A stretch of DNA of 64,000 bases from Elusimicrobiota bacterium (GTDB lineage Bacteria > Elusimicrobiota > Elusimicrobia > UBA1565), in assembly GCA_043827405.1 (NCBI GenBank), contig JBDRPD010000039.1:64001-128000 (forward strand). The letters run 5' to 3'. Shown here piece after piece: positions 58,483-64,000 of the stretch. Numbering within the stretch: position 1 is the stretch's first letter; the number at the start of each line of letters is the position of its first letter. A model generated the notes under the pieces. That model made no database searches, was not told where the DNA came from, and worked only from the letters and a program-made list of their open reading frames with translations. A program made the translations under genes and the position numbers.

Positions 58483-59277
58483 TCAGCCCGGCTTGAGCGC
58501 CGAAAGCGCGAGAAAAAGCGGGAACTCCATGCGGGCGATGTCCTCGCGGCGGGCTTGCGGGCCGGTACTGCGTTTGTCCGAGACCCATTCTTCCAGCCGT
58601 TCGATCAGCAGTCCCGCGTCGCTGAACCACTTGCAGACGCCCGCCAGGGGCTCATGGAAGGTCCAAGCGATGGGTGATTTCTCGCGCCGGCTGGGATGGA
58701 TGCGAATGGAGACGCGTTGGGGCGAGAGATAGCGCTGGAGCTTCCGGTACTGCATGTTCGTCGTCTTGTCTACGCCCCAAAAGGACTGCTTGGGAACCCG
58801 GAAGCAGGGATGATTCACAACGGCCACGGCGCGGCCGCCCGGCCGCAGGCGGCGCGCGGCGTTGTTGACCGCTTTGCCGGCGTCGGACATGTTCTGCAGT
58901 GCCAGGATCAGCGCCGCGTGCGTGAAGTCGGACTTCTCCAGCGGCAGGTTCGCCGTCGCGTCCGCGCATAGAAATTGCCCGCGTCCGCCGAGCTCGCGGG
59001 CCTGCTCGATCAAGGCCGGGGACGCGTCCACGCCCCAATAGTCGACGCCGGAGGGAAGCGCGCGTGAAAGGACTCCCTGCCCGCAGCCGAGATCTAAAAG
59101 CGACGCGCTCGCGGCGTGCCGAATATCCAGCAGCTTCAGCACTCCCGGAATGACCACGCTGCGATGGTAGTGATGCCCCTTCTCACCCACGGACTTTCCG
59201 TACCAGCCGCTGGCTTCCTGCCAGGAGGTATCACGGCGTCCGGGGTGTTCGGGTCGCGGGGGGCGTCGGCGGCGCAT
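58483..59277 (-). CDS. Class I SAM-dependent methyltransferase
   Basis: LLDLGCGQG, GVDAS, LRPGG, NHPCF. Confidence 0.9.
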   Translation of the reverse strand: MRRRRPPRPEHPGRRDTSWQEASGWYGKSVGEKGHHYHRSVVIPGVLKLLDIRHAASASLLDLGCGQGVLSRALPSGVDYWGVDASPALIEQARELGGRGQFLCADATANLPLEKSDFTHAALILALQNMSDAGKAVNNAARRLRPGGRAVAVVNHPCFRVPKQSFWGVDKTTNMQYRKLQRYLSPQRVSIRIHPSRREKSPIAWTFHEPLAGVCKWFSDAGLLIERLEEWVSDKRSTGPQARREDIARMEFPLFLALSALKPG

Positions 59278-59374
59278 AAGCTAATTCGCCGCCTCGATCA
59301 TTATCCAGGGCATGGCTGGAAGATATGATACAAACAACGGCGCGGAGCAAAACGCGCTAATGTCGTCTGCCCGG

Positions 59375-61780
59375 TTAGTCGATGCTGCGCAGCCGCGCGG
59401 CGAACTCGCCGGGTGTGGCGATCCGCTTTTCTCGATCCATTTCGAGTGAGCGGGCGATCAGCGCGTCGAGGCGGGGATCGAGGCCGGCGACGACTTGGGT
59501 CGCGGGCCGGTAGCCGGTGCCCGCGCCCGGCTGCAAGCCGCTGTTCCCGAACGGCGGCTCCCCCGTCAGCATCTCGTAAAGGCAGGCTCCCAGGGCGAAG
59601 GTGTCGGTCGCCGGGGAGACTACGCCTTGGTAGGCTTCCGGCGGCATATAGGCTGGAGTTCCCGCCAGATGCTGGGTGTGGGCGACGCGCACTTCCTGGC
59701 GCGCCGGCTGCACGGCGGCGGGCATCGGCGTATCCGTACTTCCAAGGTTCCGGGCGATGCCGAAGTCCATTACTTTGACGTAGCCCCGGTCGCTGATCAT
59801 GATATTGGAGGGCTTGAGGTCGCGGTGGATGATCCCTTTTTCGTGGGCGTAGACTAAGGCGCCCGCGGTCGCCGCGAGGATCGGACGGGTGCGTTCCCAG
59901 CTTATTCGCTTGTGCTTGAGCAGCAGCTGCTGGAGCGTTTTGCCGGTTACATATTCCAAAACAAGGAAGACGCCGTCCGGGCGGTCGAAAATCTCAAAGA
60001 TATTGACGATGTTGGGATGCCGGAGCTCCGCCATAATGCGGGCTTCCTTAACATAGAGCTGGCGCAGGCCGGTCTCGTCGGCGCTGAGGTTGGCGAGCGC
60101 CTGCTTGACCGCGACGTCGCGTTCGAGCGAGGTGTCGTAGGCGCGCCAGACCTTGCCCATCCCGCCGTGCCCGATGATGCCCTGCAGGCTGTACTTCCCG
60201 CCGAGCATGGAGCCCTCGACCGCGGGTTCCGGCACCGGCGCGGGCTGCTGGGCGGAGGCGGGTTTCGGTTCCGCGCGCCGGGGGCGAAAGCGCCGCAGCA
60301 GCGTAGCGAACAGCGGCATAAGGGCGGGCAGCGCGGCCGCCGTTAGGGCGATGAGGATCAGGGCGCCGCCCAAGGCGATCTTGGGACTGAGCTTGAACGG
60401 CGGCGTGTAGTCGATCTCGTCAAGCAGCGAGCGGCTGTCGGTCCGGTCCGGATTGAACAGCTCCTCCTCGTTAAGCGCTTTGAGGTAATGGTTCATATAG
60501 CGGTGGTCGATCTCCGCCGCCGCCTTTAACGCCGCCAGCATCTCGTCGCGCATCCCGAGCTTCTCATAGGCGAAAGCGCGCATGAGCAGGGCTTGGGCGT
60601 CCCGGGGGTTGATATTGAGCAGCCGGTCCGTGGTTGCGATCACTCCTTCATAGTCCTTCATGTGCAGCTGCGCCCAGGCCAGGGTGCGCAGGGCATCGGC
60701 GTTATTGGGATCGATTTTCAGGCTCCTGAGCGCCGCTTCGGCCGCGCTTTGAAACTCCCGCTGGCGGCTGAGGATTTTAGCCTTGAGCTGATAGCCCATG
60801 GCGCTGTCGGGGTGCAGGCGGATGTACTCTTCGGCGTCGCGCAGGGCGCCTTTGAGATCGCCGCTGAGCAGCTTGTTCTCGCCGCTTCTGAGCAGGGGGA
60901 GATCATATACCGGCCGCACGTTTTGCTTGGCGTACGGCGATTTCAGGCGGCGATCCGGCGAAATTTCTACCTTCTTGCGGGACCGTCCCGGTTGTTCGCG
61001 CGGGGGCATTTTCTTGCGTTCGCGCAGCTTGTCGGTTCGCCGGGCCGGCGGTCGTGCCGCCGGGATCCGGCCGGTTAGAGGGCGCGCCGCGCCGCTCGTG
61101 TATGCGCCGGGAGTTCCGCCGCCGGTATTGGCGCCGATCGTCTTGAGGGCATTGGCCATCATATCGCGCGTCATGCCCTTGATCTGGTTGGTTTTGGCTT
61201 CGGCGTAGCCCGCGGCCTGCCCCTGCGACATGTTCGGATCGGAGAAAGCCTTCTGCATGTCGGTGACGGAGCGCATCATATCCTGGGTGGTCGCCGGGGC
61301 GTCGTCGTCGGACGCGCGGCGTTTTTTTCTTCCGCTTTCTACGGAATAGGCCTCACCGAGACGGCCGGTCCAATACTCCTGCTTGTCCGGGTAGACATAG
61401 TGGCCCAGCTCGTTCTTGTACGTCTCTTCCGCCTTAAGATAATCGCGGGCGCTCGTGTCGCTGTTCCTGCGGGCCTGCTCTTCCGCTTTGCGCGCATCTT
61501 CGTAGTGGCGCTGCTCGGTATTGGCTTTATTCTGGAAATGGTCTTTGCGGAAGAGGGATATATTGGCGCGGTTGCGAAAGTCCCGCGTGTTCTCATAGTA
61601 GCCGTCGGTCAGCTCCCCGGCCCGCTTCTCCTCATTTTCATCCTGCTGCAGCTGCGTGCGGGCCTGCTCAACCTCGCTGCGCAGCGCCTGCTCCCGTTCT
61701 TCATATTCCGCGCGTACGGGGAGCTGCGCCAGCGCGCACAGAAAGAGCCCCAGGGAGGCCAGGATGGGCAAGCGTCTCAT
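59375..61780 (-). CDS. Receptor-type Hanks Ser/Thr kinase (signal peptide, TPR ectodomain, TM, C-terminal kinase)
   Basis: IGHGGMG, VAVK, HRDLKPSN, DFG, GTPAYMPPE; TPRs before the TM helix. Confidence 0.92.
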   Translation of the reverse strand: MRRLPILASLGLFLCALAQLPVRAEYEEREQALRSEVEQARTQLQQDENEEKRAGELTDGYYENTRDFRNRANISLFRKDHFQNKANTEQRHYEDARKAEEQARRNSDTSARDYLKAEETYKNELGHYVYPDKQEYWTGRLGEAYSVESGRKKRRASDDDAPATTQDMMRSVTDMQKAFSDPNMSQGQAAGYAEAKTNQIKGMTRDMMANALKTIGANTGGGTPGAYTSGAARPLTGRIPAARPPARRTDKLRERKKMPPREQPGRSRKKVEISPDRRLKSPYAKQNVRPVYDLPLLRSGENKLLSGDLKGALRDAEEYIRLHPDSAMGYQLKAKILSRQREFQSAAEAALRSLKIDPNNADALRTLAWAQLHMKDYEGVIATTDRLLNINPRDAQALLMRAFAYEKLGMRDEMLAALKAAAEIDHRYMNHYLKALNEEELFNPDRTDSRSLLDEIDYTPPFKLSPKIALGGALILIALTAAALPALMPLFATLLRRFRPRRAEPKPASAQQPAPVPEPAVEGSMLGGKYSLQGIIGHGGMGKVWRAYDTSLERDVAVKQALANLSADETGLRQLYVKEARIMAELRHPNIVNIFEIFDRPDGVFLVLEYVTGKTLQQLLLKHKRISWERTRPILAATAGALVYAHEKGIIHRDLKPSNIMISDRGYVKVMDFGIARNLGSTDTPMPAAVQPARQEVRVAHTQHLAGTPAYMPPEAYQGVVSPATDTFALGACLYEMLTGEPPFGNSGLQPGAGTGYRPATQVVAGLDPRLDALIARSLEMDREKRIATPGEFAARLRSID

Positions 61781-61884
61781 GGAGAAAGTGTAAACTGCGG
61801 GGGAAAATTTTTCCAGGGTCTTTAGAAAAAAGCGCAGCGGATAACAAAATGGCAGTAAACTGTCAAATTGGTAGAATCGGCCTC

Positions 61885-63819
61885 ATGACCGAAGCGAGCC
61901 CGCTCTCTACGCCGGAGCATTTTGCGCGGCTCCAGCGCCTCAGCGAGCGTGAGCGCGAGGCGGAGAAGGCGCAGCGCCAGCTGGAGCTGGAGCGTTATTC
62001 GCTGGCGACCCGGGAGGCGCTGGGCAAAACCGTTTCGCGGCTGACCATCGACGGAGTGGAGCAGGGCGCGGCCGGCTACCAGCGGATCGTGCTGTCGCGC
62101 ATGGTGGCTCCGGGCGAGCTGACGCCCTTCCATGCCATGAGCCGCGGCGACAATGTGCGTCTCACCTTTCCCGCCGGGATCGAGCCGCCCTTCGTGGACG
62201 GCACCCTCGAGTACCTGGAGCAGTCGCGGGTCGCGGTGGCGGTGGATGCGCAGCTGCCGGAGAATCCGCCGGCGGGGAAATGCCATATCGATCTCCTCGG
62301 CTCCGATGCCACCTATCAGCGGATGAAGAAAGCCCTGGCCGCGGCCGCGCGCGCGCGCGCCAATAGGACAGCCGAGCTGCGCGAGATCTGCATGGGGGAG
62401 CGGGCGGCGGCGGCGGGCGCGCCGCCGGCTCTGAAGTTCTTTAATACCGCGCTCAACCGCTGGCAGCGCGACGCCGTGCGGCGCGCGCTGGCGGCCAAAG
62501 ACATCTCCATCGTCCACGGCCCGCCCGGCACCGGGAAGACGACGGTGCTCGTCGAGATCATCCTGCAGGCGGTCGAGCGCGGCGGACGCGTTCTCGCTTC
62601 CGCCCCTTCGAATATCGCCGTCGATAATATCCTCGAAAAGCTGCTTCCGTACGAGCTGCGTGTCGTCCGGCTCGGTCATCCGGCCCGCATGCTGGAAAGC
62701 GTGCAGGCGGGCAATATCCGCATTCTGACGGCGGAAGACCCGCAGTTTGTGACGGTTCAGGAGATGGACGCCTGGCGCGAACAGCTCAGCCGCAAGCTGG
62801 CCCGCAAAGGCTCGCGCAGCGTCTCGGGCGAGGAGCGGCAGGAGATGCGCCGGGAGGTGAAGCGGCTGTGGAAGGAGGCGCGCAAAATTGAGCTCGCGAT
62901 CTCACGGCGGCTGGCGCTGTCGGCGCAGGTGGTGCTGACCACGCATGGCGGCATGTCCGATAGAATCCTGCGCGGAGAATTCGACTGGGTGGCGCTCGAT
63001 GAGGCGTCCCAGGCGACCGAGCCGCTTTCCTGGATTCCGCTCCTTAAAGCCGGCAAGGTGGTGATCGCCGGGGACTCCATGCAGCTTCCTCCCACTTTGT
63101 TCTCCCGGGAGGCCGCCGCGGAGGGGCTCGCCGTGACGCTGTTCGAAAGGCTGCAGAAGATCCTGCCGGCGAATCTGCAGACGCTGCTTCGGGTCCAGTA
63201 CCGCATGCATGAGACGATCATGGGCTTTTCTTCGCAGGAGTTCTACGGCGGCAAGCTGATCGCCGACGAGGCGGTGCGGGAGCATCTCGCCAGCGGGCTC
63301 GACGGCGTTCGCGCCGGCGAGCTGACATCCGTTCCGATGGTTTTTGTCGATACCGCCGGCACGGGCTACGAAGAGACTCTCAACGAGCTGCTGCAGAGCC
63401 GGGAGAATATGCGGGAAGCGGAGCTGGTGGTGGATATCGCGCAATCGCTGCTTAAAGACGGCGTGGCGCCGGAAGATATGGCCGTGCTTACTCCGTATAT
63501 GGCGCAAAAGAATGTGCTGCGCACCCTGCTGCAGGTGCAGGGCCTCGAGATCGGGACGGTCGACGGCTTCCAGGGACGGGAAAAGGAGGTGACGATCGTC
63601 TCGCTGGTGCGCGCGAATGAGCGCGGGGAAGTCGGCTTCCTGGCCGACACTCGGCGCATGAACGTGGCGCTTACGCGGGCGCGCCGCCTGCTGGTCGTCG
63701 TCGGCGACAGCGTGACCATCGGCCGGCATCCCTTCTACCGCAGCTTCCTCGAATACGCCCAGAACAATGCGGATTACCGCAGCGCCTGGGAGTGGATGGA
63801 CGACGGGAAATCTTCCTAG
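61885..63819 (+). CDS. SF1B Upf1/IGHMBP2-like helicase
   Basis: HGPPGTGKT, APSNIAVDN, DEASQ, GDSMQLPP, QYRM, TVDGFQGREK, RRMNVALTRAR. Confidence 0.95.
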   Translation: MTEASPLSTPEHFARLQRLSEREREAEKAQRQLELERYSLATREALGKTVSRLTIDGVEQGAAGYQRIVLSRMVAPGELTPFHAMSRGDNVRLTFPAGIEPPFVDGTLEYLEQSRVAVAVDAQLPENPPAGKCHIDLLGSDATYQRMKKALAAAARARANRTAELREICMGERAAAAGAPPALKFFNTALNRWQRDAVRRALAAKDISIVHGPPGTGKTTVLVEIILQAVERGGRVLASAPSNIAVDNILEKLLPYELRVVRLGHPARMLESVQAGNIRILTAEDPQFVTVQEMDAWREQLSRKLARKGSRSVSGEERQEMRREVKRLWKEARKIELAISRRLALSAQVVLTTHGGMSDRILRGEFDWVALDEASQATEPLSWIPLLKAGKVVIAGDSMQLPPTLFSREAAAEGLAVTLFERLQKILPANLQTLLRVQYRMHETIMGFSSQEFYGGKLIADEAVREHLASGLDGVRAGELTSVPMVFVDTAGTGYEETLNELLQSRENMREAELVVDIAQSLLKDGVAPEDMAVLTPYMAQKNVLRTLLQVQGLEIGTVDGFQGREKEVTIVSLVRANERGEVGFLADTRRMNVALTRARRLLVVVGDSVTIGRHPFYRSFLEYAQNNADYRSAWEWMDDGKSS

Positions 63820-63959
63820 GCCTATAGTCCTATATTGTTTGATTTGCGGTCCTAGAAAATAATTGGGACTTTCGGGGTATTTCCCCTTGATTTAGGATTG
63901 GCCATTTGTTTCAATGCCTTAACAAGTAAATCCGTACGATCCAGTCGTGGGGGTGGCAC

Positions 63960-64000
63960 ATGGTTAAGATCGTCAGCGGTTTGTTGGGCGCGCTTTTTCT
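63960..64000 (+). CDS. Start of a probable exported protein (truncated by window edge)
   Basis: ATG after a G-rich SD-like run; MVKIVSGLLGALF resembles a signal peptide. Confidence 0.4.
   Translation, partial: MVKIVSGLLGALF

Noticed and set aside
61885..63819. SF1B helicase as part of an anti-phage system
   Set aside because: Standalone IGHMBP2-like gene with no nuclease fusion or defence neighbours visible.

Overview
High-GC, gene-dense bacterial chromosome segment from a diderm organism, with about 50 CDS and one tRNA-Arg(CCG). It has no rRNA, CRISPR, integrase or transposase. The protein architectures recall Elusimicrobiota, but this is an inference from memory and was not verified. Housekeeping genes include ppdK, class II FBP aldolase, glgP-ackA, cls, alaS, an ABC-F ATPase and an SF1B helicase. 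Most notable: (1) a compact sphingolipid/ceramide operon (lipoprotein, serine palmitoyltransferase, bCerS-like GNAT, flippase-like membrane protein, CDP-alcohol phosphotransferase) converging on a TPR-SDR-Omp85 operon; (2) exported proteins that share an unusual N-terminal leader (signal peptide + PVxQA..GG..AAGA + low-complexity linker + FDG motif) in front of normally cytoplasmic HD/HD-GYP phosphohydrolase domains; (3) a caspase-family lipoprotein gene bounded by an exact 22-bp direct repeat; (4) a lower-GC papain-like protease/lipoprotein pair next to a RelE-type toxin-antitoxin module; (5) non-coding signals: an attenuator before a heterodimeric ABC exporter, a perfect 22-bp AT-rich inverted repeat, a recurrent 16-bp palindrome and many apparently leaderless gene starts. 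All functional calls come from motif recognition by eye; no searches were run.
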